This document shows, piece after piece, positions 39,297-50,789 of a stretch of 64,000 bases of DNA. The notes below the pieces were generated by a model, which was given only the letters and a program-made list of their open reading frames with translations, was not told the DNA's origin and searched no databases. Position 1 is the first letter of the stretch. The number at the start of each line of letters is the position of its first letter. The position numbers and the translations under genes were made by a program. This DNA comes from Candidatus Dormiibacterota bacterium (GTDB lineage: Bacteria > Chloroflexota > Dormibacteria > Aeolococcales > Aeolococcaceae), in assembly GCA_963709585.1 (NCBI GenBank), contig CAVPXI010000023.1, positions 64,001-128,000 on the forward strand, written 5' to 3'.

Positions 39297-42200
39297 AGCT
39301 TCACGTTGCCCGCCGTGGTTCCGGTCTGAGCGAGGCTGGTGATCGCCAGGTTGGCAATGACCTCGCCGGCGGTCGGGTTGAGGTCCGAAGCCCTGGGCGG
39401 AGAAGCCTCATCGCTGGGATACAGGGTGAGGTAGGTTGCCGACGATCCCGCAACGCCGGTGAGGTTGGCGACGAACGCCAACGGTTTCATCGCTGGTGCG
39501 GTCCAGGTCGGCACCGCCACAATGCCCGCGACGTGGACGAGTTCGCTGAAGTTGGCGCCCAACGGCTGGTTCTGGCACCGCGTCCCGAACGATGGGCGCG
39601 TGTCGCAAATCCGCGTCGGCGGGACCGAGTAGAAGAGGGCGCCGGGGGATGCGCTCGACGTACCGAACCAGCCGTTGTTATCGATGAGGAAGTTGATCTT
39701 CCCTGCGGCCGAGTACAGGCAGATATCCTGCTTCGGACCGAGGTTCGAGATCACCCGGACGGGCAGACTGGTCCCGGGTGCGGGGTTGACGTTGGAGAAG
39801 CTTGGAGCCCTGGTCGGGCAGGCATCGGCGGATGTCGGGACCGCAACCGAGAGGTAGGTGTACGCCGTCCCACCGGTCGCGGTGAGATTGAATGCCGCCG
39901 CTGCGGCACTCCCGTCCGAGGGGATCGAGGGCGTGGTCGATGGGGCGCCGGGCGGCAAACCGGAGAGGGTCACATGACGCCAGACGCCGCCCACCAGGGG
40001 AGCGCTGATGAATCCGGTCGCCGTCGAACAGAGCGTGCCTCCGCGCGAATCGCAGATCCGCAGTGGTGGAATGGCGTGGAAGGCACCGGCTGACAAGCCG
40101 GCCGGGGCCGCGAAATAGCCTTCGACGTCGACGATCACGTCAACGCTACCGACGGCGTTGAACAGACTGATCTGCCCACCGATGCCCAAGCGCACGATCG
40201 CCAGGTTGGACTCGACCTTGCCTCCGGCGAGACTGAGGTTCGTGGCAACCGGCTGCGACCCACCCGCCGGGAAGGCGATCACGTAGGTGCCGCTGCTGCT
40301 GTGGTTGATGGCCGTGATGTTCACCACCACCGCCTGCGCGGTGGTTGACACCGGCCCGCCGGTGATCTGAGCGGTGATGGTTTCGTGTCCGGTGCCCAGC
40401 GTGCCCTTTCCGACGGTATTGCACTGGTTGGACGCGATTCCGGGAGCCACCTTTCTCGTGTCACAGGTTCGGATGGGGTTGACCGCGGTGTACGCACCGG
40501 CAGCGACGAACGTGTACTGGTCCGCGGGAGGAGCCACGTTGGACGTACCGCCAGGCGTCACCACCCTGATATCCACCGTGCCCGCTGCGACTTGCGGCGT
40601 GTAGACAACGAGTGTGGTCTGTTCCAATCTGTGAAAAGCATCCGTTGGCCGACCCGGGGCACGGGTATGCGCTGGCGCCTGACACGTCTTTTGTGCCGAA
40701 GAGGATGTCGGTGGCGCCGAACCCCAGGCTGGGATTCCCGAAGTTCGAGCCGAAGATCGCGACATACGAGCCGCCGCCGGCTGCCCCGTACTTCGGCGAC
40801 ACGGTCAGGACGTTCGGAAAGACCGCGACGTACGTGTAGACGTTCCCGGAGGCCACCGGGCTGGTGCCGCCGGAAGTTGTGACGGTGATGTGGATCTGGC
40901 CGGTGCCAGCAGGAAGAAGCTGGACTGTGATCGAGGTCACGCTGGTGACCGTGAAGCAAGGCCCGGTCGGTGATGTTATGCAGCTGGCGACAGCCGTCGA
41001 TCCGACGGTAACTTGGGAGACGATCGAGCTGCCGGCCGCCTCGAAGTCAGTTCCGGTAAGGGTGACGGTGTTGCCGCCGGCGGATGCTCCCGCGTTTGGC
41101 GAGACTCCGGTCACAGTGGGAATTGGGGCGACGAACGTATAGGACAAACCCGCGGTGGTGCCGCCCAGCGTCACTACATCGACATTGAAGGGCCCGGGCG
41201 TGCTTGGTGGCATAGTCACGGTGATCTGGATATCACTGTCGACGGTGAAGCAGGGCGCTGACGGGCACGGTTTTAGATCGATGGAACCGACGTTCACATC
41301 GGTCGCCCCGGTGAAATTCGTCCCCCCCAGAACCACGCTGTTGCCACCCGCGGTCGACCCGGTTGACGGTGTAACGCTCGTCAACGTCGGCGCCGGGGTC
41401 ACGTAGAAGTACGTGATACTGCTAGTTGTCCCACCTCCCGTCACCACGTCGACAGGAACACCACCCGCAGCGTGCGCAAGAACACCGGTGACCGTGATCT
41501 GAGAGTCGGTGTCGACCGTGAAACACGGTGACGTGCACGGCTGCGTGATGTCGGTGGCCCCAAAGTTCACGTCGGTCGCCCCGGTGAAGTTCGTCCCCCC
41601 CAGAACCACGCTGTTGCCACCCGTGGTGAACCCAGTTGACGGGGTGAGGCTCGTCAACGTCGGCGCCGGGGTCACGTAGAAGTACGTGACACTGTTGCTT
41701 GTCCCACTTCCCGTCACCACGTCGACAGGAACTCCGCCCGCAGCGTGCGCGAGAACGCCGGTGACCGTGATCTGAGAGTCGGTGTCGACCGTGAAACACG
41801 GTGACGTGCACGGCTGCGTGATGTCGGTGGCCCCAAAGTTCACGTCGGTCGCCCCGGTGAAGTTCGCCCCCCCCAGGACCACGCTGTTGCCACCCGTGGT
41901 GAACCCAGTTGACGGGGTGAGGCTCGTCAACGTCGGGGCCGGCGCCACGTAGGTGTACGTCAGGTTTCCCGACGTACCACTCGGCGTCACCACGTTGACG
42001 CTAACGGGGCCCGCAGAGCCCCCAGGGATGCCCATAACGGTGATCTGTGTATCGCTATCGATGTTGAAACAGGGCGACGTCCCGCAGGGCGTGACGTTAA
42101 TGTCGACGCCCCCAAAGTTCACGTCGGTCGCAGTCAAAAATCCACCACTCGCATCCGACGCGATGACGACATTGGTGCCCCCCGCGGTCGGGCCGGACGA

Positions 42201-42392
42201 TGGGGTGAGGCTCATCAACACTGGCTGATTGAACAGATCTAGGCGAGCGTTCGAAGCTGCGCGTGGCCCCACTGGGTGCGCGGCCGAGTGCGAGATCGAG
42301 GTCGGCCCCGGCTGGCCCGCCGACGCGGCAATCGTCACGCCAGCGAATGCCGCAAAACACGCTCCGCCGAGCACGAACCCGCCCACCCTCAT
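39239..42392 (-). CDS. Secreted IPT/TIG repeat protein with C-terminal surface domains, frameshift near 40620
   Basis: Signal peptide; repeats PTLTSLTPSTG.T.GGNSV.LGG.NF; C-terminal P.RICDTR and DV.GYF motifs. Confidence 0.85.
41290..41945 (-). repeat. Near-identical 273-bp tandem repeats encoding IPT domains
   Basis: TCGTCAACGTCGG at 41378, 41651 and 41924. Confidence 0.9.
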
Positions 42393-42452
42393 CGTCTTCC
42401 CTCCAACCGCCTCTCTGTAGAGGCGATGGTACCGGGAAGGGAAAGCCGGCTG

Positions 42453-42644
42453 CTAGCCGCGAGCCGCCTTCGCCTGGGTGCGCAGGCAGCGGGTGCAGAC
42501 CTTGGCCCGCACCTCCTTGCCCTTGACTGCGAGATGGGTGACGTGCAGGTTGGGCAGGAATCGACGCTTCGTATGCACCTTGGAATGGCTCACGTTGTTC
42601 CCGGTCATCGGGCCCTTTCCGCAGATATCGCAGCGCTGGGACAT
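42453..42644 (-). CDS. rpmB: 50S ribosomal protein L28
   Basis: [26 protein letters not shown]...VCTRCL. Confidence 0.96.
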   Translation of the reverse strand: MSQRCDICGKGPMTGNNVSHSKVHTKRRFLPNLHVTHLAVKGKEVRAKVCTRCLRTQAKAARG

Positions 42645-42803
42645 GATGTCTCTCATGGGTCGGAACGCGCATCTGGGACGCGCCCGGTCTGGCGTACTAG
42701 AATTCGGCCGGAGCCACGATGGCTGCGCCCGGCGGCCTCCGGGAATGAACCGGGGCCGGTCGCCGAGGATACCACAGGCCCTCAATCGGGCTTACGGAGA
42801 TAC

Positions 42804-43199
42804 GTGAAAGGCAAGGTCCGGGCGTCCGACGCACTGTCGCGCACCGCCTCCCTGGGAAGAATCGAGGTCTCGCCCCGAGTGGTGGCGTCGATCGTCGGCC
42901 ACGCGGCCAACGAGTGCTACGGCATCGTCGGCATGGCCGCACAGGGCCTTCGCGACGGTATCGCCGAACGGCTGAACCGTGAGAACGTCCACCGCGGTGT
43001 CGAGATCCAGACGACGCCCGACGGGCTCGTCATCGAGCTCTACGTGATCGTGGAATACGGCACCCGTATCAGCGAGGTGGCGCACAACCTGATGAGTGCG
43101 GTGAGCTACTCCGTCGAGAAGACGCTGGGCCTGCCCGTGGTCGCGGTGAACGTGAACGTCCAGGGAATTCACGCGGAGGGCGACGGTGTCCGCCACTAG
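42804..43199 (+). CDS. Asp23/Gls24 family protein (YloU-like)
   Basis: ECYGIVGMA, YVIVEYGTRISEVA, VNVNVQGI. Confidence 0.92.
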   Translation: MKGKVRASDALSRTASLGRIEVSPRVVASIVGHAANECYGIVGMAAQGLRDGIAERLNRENVHRGVEIQTTPDGLVIELYVIVEYGTRISEVAHNLMSAVSYSVEKTLGLPVVAVNVNVQGIHAEGDGVRH

Positions 43200-44958
43200 G
43201 CCCGCGCCGGAGCTGGCGGTGCTCCGCGAACCGCTGCGCCAGATCGGCGGCGAGCAGGTCCTCGCCGGGCTCACCGCCGCGCTCTCGTGGCTGGAGGCCA
43301 ACCAGCAGGAGATCAACGACCTCAACGTGTTCCCGGTCCCCGACGGCGACACGGGTTCGAACATGTACCTGACCCTGCGCTCGGCGGTGGAGGAGGCGCG
43401 CGACGCCCCCAACCCCGAGGCGGCGGACTCGGTGCTTGCCGCCGCTGCCCACGGCTCGCTCATGGGGGCTCGCGGGAACAGCGGCGTCATCCTCTCGCAG
43501 ATCCTCCGCGGCTTTGCCCAGGGGGCGGCCCAGCGCTCTCGCCTTGACGCCCGCGGGGTGGCGCTGGCGATCACCGAGGCCTCCGCCGTCGCGTACCGCG
43601 CCGTCATGAAACCCACCGAGGGCACGATCCTCACGGTCATTCGGGACGCCGCCTCCGCCGCTGACGCCACCGCAGCAACCACCGACGACATCAGGGTCAT
43701 CCTCGACCGTGTGGTCACCGAAGCGCACGCGGCCGTCGAACGCACTACCGATCAACTCCAGGTGCTCCGTGACGCGAACGTCGTTGACGCCGGCGGCTTC
43801 GGCCTGGCGGTGATCCTCGAAGGTTTCGCGCGGGCGGTCGGCGATGCGCAACCCGCCGCCGCGCCGCCGGCGCTGCTCCGCCGCTCGGGCGAGCCGGCAC
43901 TTCGGCTCCCGCCGCGGCCCGGTGACATGGAGGCGACGGGCTCAGCGGTGCCGCGTCGTGGCGCGGCTGCGATCGCCCCGCGCGAGCAGGGGTGGGGCTA
44001 CTGCACCGAGTTTTTGATCAACGGCCCCGGCCTCGACGTCGACGCCATCCGGACCGAGCTCTCCGCGCTCGGCGAATCGGCGCTCGTGGTCGGAGACCCG
44101 GAGCTGGTGCGCGTCCATATCCACACCGGCGACCCCGCCGGCCTGATCGCCGCGGCGTCCTCTCGCGGACGCATGAGCAAGCTCAAGGTCGAGGACATGT
44201 CCGCCCAGCACCACGGCGTGCTCGAGCGTGCCGACGCCAGCGAGGCGGAGGCGGACGCAACCGCGACGCCCGCGGCCGCGACGCGCCCGCAGGCAGGCCC
44301 CAAGCCGATCGGCGTTGCCAGCGTGGCACCGGGTGATGGGTTCCGCGAGATCATGGGAAGCCTTGGTGCCGACAGCATCGTGAGTGGCGGCCAGAGCATG
44401 AACCCCTCCATCGAGGATCTGCTCAAGGGCGTGCTCGCGGTCAACGCCGAGAACGTCATCCTGCTGCCCAACAACGGCAACGTGATTCTCACCGCCGAGC
44501 AGGTGGATCCCCTTGCAGAGGGATGCGAGGTGCGGGTCGTGCCGACCAGAAATCTCCCCCAGGGCATCAGCGCGCTGCTCGCATTCGACCCCGCTGCCAG
44601 CCTCGAGGAGAACAGCGAGCGCATGCTGGCGGCGATCGCGACCGTGCGAGCGGTGGAGGTGACCCACGCGGTCCGCGATTCGAAGGTCAACGGGCACCGC
44701 ATCAAGGTCGGCAATGTGATCGCCGTCGTCGACGACGAGATCACCGAGGTCGGCAGCGACTACCTCGGTGTCATCGACGCGGTGCTGCGTGCGCAGACGG
44801 TAAAGCCGGAATTGGTCACCGTCTACCGCGGTCAGGAGGTCAGCGAGGACGACGCCGAGGCCTTGATCGCGCACCTGCGCGAATCGCATCAGGGGACCGA
44901 GTTCGAGCTGCAGACGGGAGGACAGGAGCACTACCCATACGTGCTCTCGCTGGAGTGA
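43186..44958 (+). CDS. fakA: DAK2-domain fatty acid kinase subunit A (YloV)
   Basis: LNVFPVPDGDTGSNM, GARGNSGVILSQ, GYCTEF, GGQSMNPS. Confidence 0.92.
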   Translation: MSATRPAPELAVLREPLRQIGGEQVLAGLTAALSWLEANQQEINDLNVFPVPDGDTGSNMYLTLRSAVEEARDAPNPEAADSVLAAAAHGSLMGARGNSGVILSQILRGFAQGAAQRSRLDARGVALAITEASAVAYRAVMKPTEGTILTVIRDAASAADATAATTDDIRVILDRVVTEAHAAVERTTDQLQVLRDANVVDAGGFGLAVILEGFARAVGDAQPAAAPPALLRRSGEPALRLPPRPGDMEATGSAVPRRGAAAIAPREQGWGYCTEFLINGPGLDVDAIRTELSALGESALVVGDPELVRVHIHTGDPAGLIAAASSRGRMSKLKVEDMSAQHHGVLERADASEAEADATATPAAATRPQAGPKPIGVASVAPGDGFREIMGSLGADSIVSGGQSMNPSIEDLLKGVLAVNAENVILLPNNGNVILTAEQVDPLAEGCEVRVVPTRNLPQGISALLAFDPAASLEENSERMLAAIATVRAVEVTHAVRDSKVNGHRIKVGNVIAVVDDEITEVGSDYLGVIDAVLRAQTVKPELVTVYRGQEVSEDDAEALIAHLRESHQGTEFELQTGGQEHYPYVLSLE

Positions 44959-44959
44959 G

Positions 44960-45796
44960 GTGATCCATCTCGTCACCGACAGCACGTCCGACATCTCCCC
45001 GTCGGATGCGAAAGCCCTGGGGGTCCACGTGGTGCCGTTGATCGTGCGATTCGGCGAGGAGCAGTACCGCGACGGCGTTGATATCGACGCCGATCAGTTC
45101 TACGCAAAGCTGGCAGACGCCGGTGTGCATCCCACGACGTCGCAGCCGTCGCCCGACGTTTTCGCGACGCTGTACAGGACGCTGCTCGCCGATCCGGATG
45201 ACCACGTCGTCGGGCTGCACATCTCGTCGAAGATGAGCGGGACGCTGCAATCGGCGACGCTTGCGGCGCAGGGGTTCGACTCCGGTCGCATCCACCTCGT
45301 CGACACCGAGAGCGTGAGCGGCGGTCTCCAGTTGCTCGTGCGCGCGGCGCTCGACGACATCAAGGCCGGCGACCCACCGAACGTGGTCACGGACAAGGCG
45401 ACCCGGCGTCGCAGCAAGGTGACCATCCTGGTGCTGCTCGACACCCTCACCTACCTGCATCGCGGCGGGCGGATCGGCCGTGCCCAGGCGTTCGTCGGCA
45501 GCCTGCTCAACGTCAAACCGCTGATCGGGGTGCGCGACGGCGAGGTCGTCCCGCTCGCCCGTTTGCGCAGCCGGTCCAAGGGCATCGACATGATCGTCGA
45601 GCATGTGCGTGGCTGCTTGCCGCTGCGCAGCCTGGCCGAGTTTCACGCGGCGGCCGCCGAGTCGATGGTCGACCTCGAGGCGCGGCTGGGTGCGGCAGTC
45701 ACCAATGTCACCGCCGTGCTTGGACGGATAGGGCCGGTCGTCGGCGCGTACAGCGGGCCGGGTGGCCTCGGAGTCGCCTGCCTCGGCGCGGACTAA
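44960..45796 (+). CDS. DegV/FakB fatty-acid-binding protein
   Basis: VTDSTSD, PTTSQPS, ISSKMSGT, GGRIG. Confidence 0.93.
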   Translation: MIHLVTDSTSDISPSDAKALGVHVVPLIVRFGEEQYRDGVDIDADQFYAKLADAGVHPTTSQPSPDVFATLYRTLLADPDDHVVGLHISSKMSGTLQSATLAAQGFDSGRIHLVDTESVSGGLQLLVRAALDDIKAGDPPNVVTDKATRRRSKVTILVLLDTLTYLHRGGRIGRAQAFVGSLLNVKPLIGVRDGEVVPLARLRSRSKGIDMIVEHVRGCLPLRSLAEFHAAAAESMVDLEARLGAAVTNVTAVLGRIGPVVGAYSGPGGLGVACLGAD

Positions 45797-45819
45797 TCGG
45801 GCAGGCCTGCCACGATGGA

Positions 45820-47910
45820 ATGGCTGTGAGTTCGCACGTGGTTTCGCTCGTGACCCCGACGTACGTGCCGCTCGACCTCGACCTGCCCATGTTCCGGATC
45901 ACCGGAATCGGCCCGCGTCAGGCGCAGCGGCTCGAGAAGCTGGGCATCAGCACCGTCCGAGACCTGCTGTTCCACCTGCCCCGGCGTTACGAGGACACCC
46001 GCGAAACCGTGCCGCTGCGAGCCCTGCAACCGGGCATCGTGCAGACGGCGCACGTCCGCATTCGCAACGTGAGCTCGAGACGGAGCCCGTACAAGAAGAT
46101 GGTGCTCGTCGAGGCGACCCTCGAGGACGATGGTGCGGTGGCGACGGCGGTGTGGTTCAACCAGCCATTTCTCACCCGCCAGCTGCAGCCGGGGATGGAG
46201 TTGATGGTCAGCGGCAAGGTCGAGATGTCGAGGACCGGGTTGACCTTTCGCAATCCAGCCTTCGAGCGCGCCGGTAAAGACCAGCACCACGTCGGCACCC
46301 TCGCGCCGGTGTACCCGGAAACCGACGGGATCACGTCGCGCTTCCTGCGCACACGCATCGAGCCGCTCCTGGGGCTCGCAACCCAGGTGCCCGACCGTCT
46401 GCCGCCGTCGATTCGCGATGCCGAAGGCCTGATGCCGATCGCCGAGGCGCTCTACCAGGTGCATGTGCCCGACACTCTCGCGACTGCGGCCCGGGCTCGC
46501 GAGCGGATCGCGTTCGAGGAGCTCTTCCTGCTCCAGGTTGCGGCTGAGCGCGCCCGGCGGCGGCGCATGAGCGGGCCAGGGGTGATCGTCGGTTACGACA
46601 TCGAGCTGGCACGACGCTTCGTCGCGACCCTGCCCTTCAAGCTCACCGACGGGCAGCGCGTCGCCGCCCACGAGATTCTCACCGACCTCGCCGCGCCCGG
46701 CCCCATGAACCGGCTGCTCCAGGGCGACGTCGGCAGCGGCAAGACCGTGGTCGCGGCCCTGGCAGCCCTGATGACCCACCACGCCGGCTTTCAGACCGCG
46801 GTCATGGCGCCCACCGAGATCCTGGCGCGGCAGCATCACGCGACGCTCGACACCCTGCTGACACAGCACGGCCTCCCGCCCCGCCTGCTCGTCGGCAGCA
46901 CCTCCGCGGCCACGCGCCGGGAGATCCTGGCCGGTCTGGCCGGCGGCCACGATTCGCTCATTGTTGGAACCCACGCGCTGATCGAGGACGACGTCGCGAT
47001 GGCCAACCTCGGCCTGGTCGTGGTCGACGAGCAGCATCGCTTCGGCGTCGCCCAGCGGCAGCGCCTTCGACAGACCTCGGGAGCGATGCCCAACTACCTG
47101 GCGATGACCGCCACCCCGATCCCTCGCTCGCTGTCGAACACGCTCTACGGCGACGTCGATCTCAGCGAGTTGCGCGAGATGCCGCCAGGTCGGCGCACCG
47201 TCGAAACCCGCGTGGTCCCGGCGCACGAGCGGGCAGGCGCCTACGAGTTCGTCCGAGCCGAGGCGGTCAAGGGGCGCCAGGCGTTCGTCATCTGCCCGCT
47301 CATCGAGGAGTCCGACAAGCTCGGTGCGCGCAGCGCGACCGCCGAGTTCGAGCGGCTGAGCACCACGGTCTTTCCCGACCTGCGTGTCGAGCTGCTGCAT
47401 GGACGCATGCCGGCGCGGGAGAAGGCCACGCGGATGGATCGGTTCGTGCGCGGGGACGCCGACATCCTCGTGGCCACCAGCGTGGTCGAGGTCGGCGTGG
47501 ACGTCCCCAATGCGACCGTCATGGTGATCGAGGGCGCCGAGCGATTCGGGCTCGCGCAGCTGCACCAGTTTCGAGGTCGCGTGGGACGAGCTCAGCACCA
47601 GTCGTACTGCCTGCTCTTCGAGGGCGGGATCGATGAGGAGGGCTCGCAGCGGCTCGCCGCCGTGGCGGCAACCGACAGCGGTTTCGAGCTTGCGGAGCGT
47701 GACCTCCAGCTGCGCGGACCCGGGCAGATCGTCGGCCTGCGCCAGCACGGACTTCCCGAGATGCTCGCCGCCGACCTTCTCGACGTGGCGTTGGCCAAGC
47801 GCGCCCGGCAGGCCGCGCTTGCATCGCTCGACCACGACGCCGATCTCTCCGCCTGGAAACCGCTCTCGGACGCGATGAACGGCTACCGGGCGGTCTTCGA
47901 CATCGATTAA
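45820..47910 (+). CDS. recG: ATP-dependent DNA helicase RecG
   Basis: RLLQGDVGSGKT, DEQHRFG, TATPIPR, QLHQFRGRVGR. Confidence 0.97.
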   Translation: MAVSSHVVSLVTPTYVPLDLDLPMFRITGIGPRQAQRLEKLGISTVRDLLFHLPRRYEDTRETVPLRALQPGIVQTAHVRIRNVSSRRSPYKKMVLVEATLEDDGAVATAVWFNQPFLTRQLQPGMELMVSGKVEMSRTGLTFRNPAFERAGKDQHHVGTLAPVYPETDGITSRFLRTRIEPLLGLATQVPDRLPPSIRDAEGLMPIAEALYQVHVPDTLATAARARERIAFEELFLLQVAAERARRRRMSGPGVIVGYDIELARRFVATLPFKLTDGQRVAAHEILTDLAAPGPMNRLLQGDVGSGKTVVAALAALMTHHAGFQTAVMAPTEILARQHHATLDTLLTQHGLPPRLLVGSTSAATRREILAGLAGGHDSLIVGTHALIEDDVAMANLGLVVVDEQHRFGVAQRQRLRQTSGAMPNYLAMTATPIPRSLSNTLYGDVDLSELREMPPGRRTVETRVVPAHERAGAYEFVRAEAVKGRQAFVICPLIEESDKLGARSATAEFERLSTTVFPDLRVELLHGRMPAREKATRMDRFVRGDADILVATSVVEVGVDVPNATVMVIEGAERFGLAQLHQFRGRVGRAQHQSYCLLFEGGIDEEGSQRLAAVAATDSGFELAERDLQLRGPGQIVGLRQHGLPEMLAADLLDVALAKRARQAALASLDHDADLSAWKPLSDAMNGYRAVFDID

Positions 47911-47931
47911 CGTGCGCCGGCTCGCCGCCCC

Positions 47932-48537
47932 ATGCCAGTGCGTCTGAAGACCGGACCGAAGCACTTGGCGCAGACCCGGATCACCGCCGGCGAATGGCGC
48001 GGTCGCGTCGTCAGCACCCCGTCCGGACGCGAGGTCCGCCCGACCCGCGCGATGGTGCGCCAGTCGGTCTACGACATCCTCGGCGCACGCGTGGTCGGCG
48101 CTCGGATGCTCGACCTCTATGCGGGCGCCGGCACGGTCGGCTTCGAGGCATTGTCGCGAGGAGCGGCGACGGTGACGTTCGTCGAGCGCCATCGCGAGGC
48201 GCTCGTGCTGATCGCCAGCACCGCCGAGCGTTTCGGTTGCCGCGACCGATGCAGTCTCGTCGGCGCCGACGTGCCGCGCTGGCTTCGCGGCGCGTCGGCG
48301 CAGACCGAGGAAGCCGACCTCTGTTACGTCGACGCGCCATACCGGGACCCCGAGCTGGAACGCGTGCTCGAATTGCTCGGTGCGGCCCCACCACGTCTTG
48401 TCGTGTGCGAACATCACCGCGCCCGCGAAATTCCCGAGCACATCGGCAACCTCACACGGTTCCGCGAGGCGCGTTACGGCCTGACCACCATCAGCTTCCT
48501 GCAGCGAGACGCTGCACCATCGGACGGAACAGCGTGA
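47932..48537 (+). CDS. rsmD: 16S rRNA m2G966 methyltransferase
   Basis: RITAGEWRGR, VRPT, LDLYAGAG, EALSRGA, DAPY. Confidence 0.9.
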   Translation: MPVRLKTGPKHLAQTRITAGEWRGRVVSTPSGREVRPTRAMVRQSVYDILGARVVGARMLDLYAGAGTVGFEALSRGAATVTFVERHREALVLIASTAERFGCRDRCSLVGADVPRWLRGASAQTEEADLCYVDAPYRDPELERVLELLGAAPPRLVVCEHHRAREIPEHIGNLTRFREARYGLTTISFLQRDAAPSDGTA

Positions 48538-49046
48538 GCGAGCGCATCGCCGTGTACCCCGGCAGCTTCGATCCGGTGACGTTCGGGCACCTCGACATCC
48601 TCGACCGCGCCGCGGCGATCTTCGACCAGGTGGTCGTCGGGGTCCTCGAGAATCCAGGCAAGACACCACTGTTCACCGCTGCGGAACGGGTCGACATGCT
48701 CCGGGCGTGCCTCGAGTCGAGGTCGCGGATCGAGGTGACCACCTTCGACGGGCTCACCGTGGAGTTCGCTGCCGGCACGGGCGCGATCGCGATCGTGCGC
48801 GGACTGCGGGTGATCAGCGACTTCGAGTCCGAGTTCCAGATGGCTCTGATGAACCGGCGCCTCAACCCGGCGGTGAACACCGTTTTCCTGATGACCTCGT
48901 TCTCCAATGTCTTCATCTCCTCCTCATTGATCAAGGAGGTGTGCCGCCTCGGCGGCAACGTCAGCGAGATGGCGCCCCCGGTGAGCGTGGAGGCGATGCG
49001 CCGGCGGTTCGCCGAACAGCGCGAAGAAGAGGCACGAACCAGTTGA
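48534..49046 (+). CDS. coaD: Phosphopantetheine adenylyltransferase
   Basis: YPGSFDPVTFGHLD, VRGLR, ISSSLIKE. Confidence 0.97.
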   Translation: MSERIAVYPGSFDPVTFGHLDILDRAAAIFDQVVVGVLENPGKTPLFTAAERVDMLRACLESRSRIEVTTFDGLTVEFAAGTGAIAIVRGLRVISDFESEFQMALMNRRLNPAVNTVFLMTSFSNVFISSSLIKEVCRLGGNVSEMAPPVSVEAMRRRFAEQREEEARTS

Positions 49047-49579
49047 CTGATCATCCCGAGAACGCCGATCCCACCGTGATCGACCTCGTCGATCAACTCG
49101 AGGAGCTGGTCAGCACCGGCCGGCGGGTGCCATTCACCGCCGGCGTGCTCGTGAACGAGGACGAGGTGCTGGAGCTCATCGACCGCACCCGGCTCGGACT
49201 TCCCGACGAGTTGATGCAGGCGCGCCATCTCCTCGATGACCAGCGCCGCGTCGTCGTGGAGGCCGAGCAGGAGGCCGAACGGATCCTCTCGCGCGCGGAG
49301 ACCGAATCGGCGCGCATCGTTGCCGAGGCGGAGGCCCGCGTGGCAGTCATGGTCGGCGATCACGCCATCGCCGACCAGGCACGGGAGCATGCCGCCACCG
49401 TGCTCGCCGAGGCGGAGGAACGGGCCGCCAAGACCTGCAGCGAGGCCGACGCCTACGCCCGTGAGGTGATGCTCCGTCTCGAGGACCAGTTGATGCGGGC
49501 GGCCACCACGGTCCGCAAGGGCATCGACGCGCTGCCGAGTGAGGGTGGATCGCGTCGCAAACGCCGGGAGCGCGAATAG
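49043..49579 (+). CDS. Conserved coiled-coil protein (ATP synthase b/DivIVA-like) usually downstream of coaD
   Basis: LEELV...RVPF, LPDEL, repeated AE..AERI..A helices. Confidence 0.8.
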   Translation: MTDHPENADPTVIDLVDQLEELVSTGRRVPFTAGVLVNEDEVLELIDRTRLGLPDELMQARHLLDDQRRVVVEAEQEAERILSRAETESARIVAEAEARVAVMVGDHAIADQAREHAATVLAEAEERAAKTCSEADAYAREVMLRLEDQLMRAATTVRKGIDALPSEGGSRRKRRERE

Positions 49580-49675
49580 CGTCTCGGGTCGCGTACACCG
49601 GACGCACCGCTATACTGGCCGCACCCACTGGCCGCGCCGCCGTTTGCGTGCGCGCCGTCCCCGGAGAAACCGAGC

Positions 49676-49852
49676 ATGCCGCTTCCCAAGCAAAAGATCT
49701 CAAAGCGCCGCCGCGACTTTCGGCGCTCGCACCACGCCCTGGAAATGCCGACGCTGTCACCGTGCCCGCGCTGCCGTCAGCCGCGCATCCCGCATCGCGT
49801 CTGTCCGAACTGCGGCTACTATCACGGCCGCGAAGTGGTCGTCACCGAGTAG
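49676..49852 (+). CDS. rpmF: 50S ribosomal protein L32 (not in ORF track)
   Basis: MPLPKQKISKRRRDFRRSHH...CPRC...PHRVCPNCGYYHGREV. Confidence 0.95.
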   Translation: MPLPKQKISKRRRDFRRSHHALEMPTLSPCPRCRQPRIPHRVCPNCGYYHGREVVVTE

Positions 49853-49865
49853 CCATCCGGTCTTG

Positions 49866-50789
49866 GTGACCCGCGTCGCACTCTGCTTTCCCGGACAAGG
49901 CAGCCAAGCCGCCGGAATGGCGGACGGGTTGACCGGCCTCCCTATCGCCGCCGAAATGCTCGATGCGGCGCACGCTTCCGGCCTCGATCTGCGCGCGGCG
50001 CTCTCCGGCGACGACGACCACCTCCGCCCCACGGAGGTCGCGCAACCCGCGCTCCTCTTCGTCGAATGCGCGCTGCGCAGCACCTTGCCTGCTGACCTCG
50101 ATGTTGTCGCGGTCGCGGGGCACAGCGTCGGCGAGTACGCTGCCGCGGTCGCCGCCCATGCGCTGCAACCTGCAGACGCGATGCGTATCGTCATCGAGCG
50201 CGGTCGGGCGATGGCGGCGATGCACGAGGGAACGATGTGCGCATTGATCGGCATCGACGTCGATACCGCGACCGCGGTCTGCGACGAGACGCAGCGCGAG
50301 ACGGGAGCGATCGTGGTCGTCGCCAATCACAACGCGCCTGGTCAACTGGTGATCAGCGGCTCTGTCGCCGGCGTTGACGCGGCCGCGAAGCTGGCACTCA
50401 CACGGGGTGCGCGGCGCGCGATTCCGCTCAATGTGAGCGGTGCATTCCATTCGCCGTTGATGAGCGCAGCGGCAACCGCATTCGGTGCGGTGCTCGACGG
50501 TGTGTCAATCGCCGACCCGCATCCACCGGTGGTGTGCAACGTCGATGCACGTGACGTGCGTTCCGCCGCCGAGCTGCGGGAACGGCTGCGCGCACAGCTC
50601 ACGTCTCCGGTGCTCTGGATCGATTGCGTTCACCGGCTCGTGGAACTCGGCGCCGAGTTCCTCGTTGAAGTCGGCCCCGGCAGCGTGCTGAGCGGGCTGG
50701 CTCGGCGCATCGCGCCGGATGTGCGCACGGTGTCGGTGAACACTCCGGACGCCGCCGTGCGGCTCGATGCTGCGGTCGTCGCGGGGTGA
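49866..50789 (+). CDS. fabD: Malonyl-CoA:ACP transacylase
   Basis: FPGQGSQ, GHSVGE, VSGAFHS, EVGPG. Confidence 0.96.
   Translation: MTRVALCFPGQGSQAAGMADGLTGLPIAAEMLDAAHASGLDLRAALSGDDDHLRPTEVAQPALLFVECALRSTLPADLDVVAVAGHSVGEYAAAVAAHALQPADAMRIVIERGRAMAAMHEGTMCALIGIDVDTATAVCDETQRETGAIVVVANHNAPGQLVISGSVAGVDAAAKLALTRGARRAIPLNVSGAFHSPLMSAAATAFGAVLDGVSIADPHPPVVCNVDARDVRSAAELRERLRAQLTSPVLWIDCVHRLVELGAEFLVEVGPGSVLSGLARRIAPDVRTVSVNTPDAAVRLDAAVVAG

Noticed and set aside
45793-48669. 958-aa minus-strand ORF and other long antisense ORFs
   Set aside because: Antisense shadows of recG and other GC-rich genes
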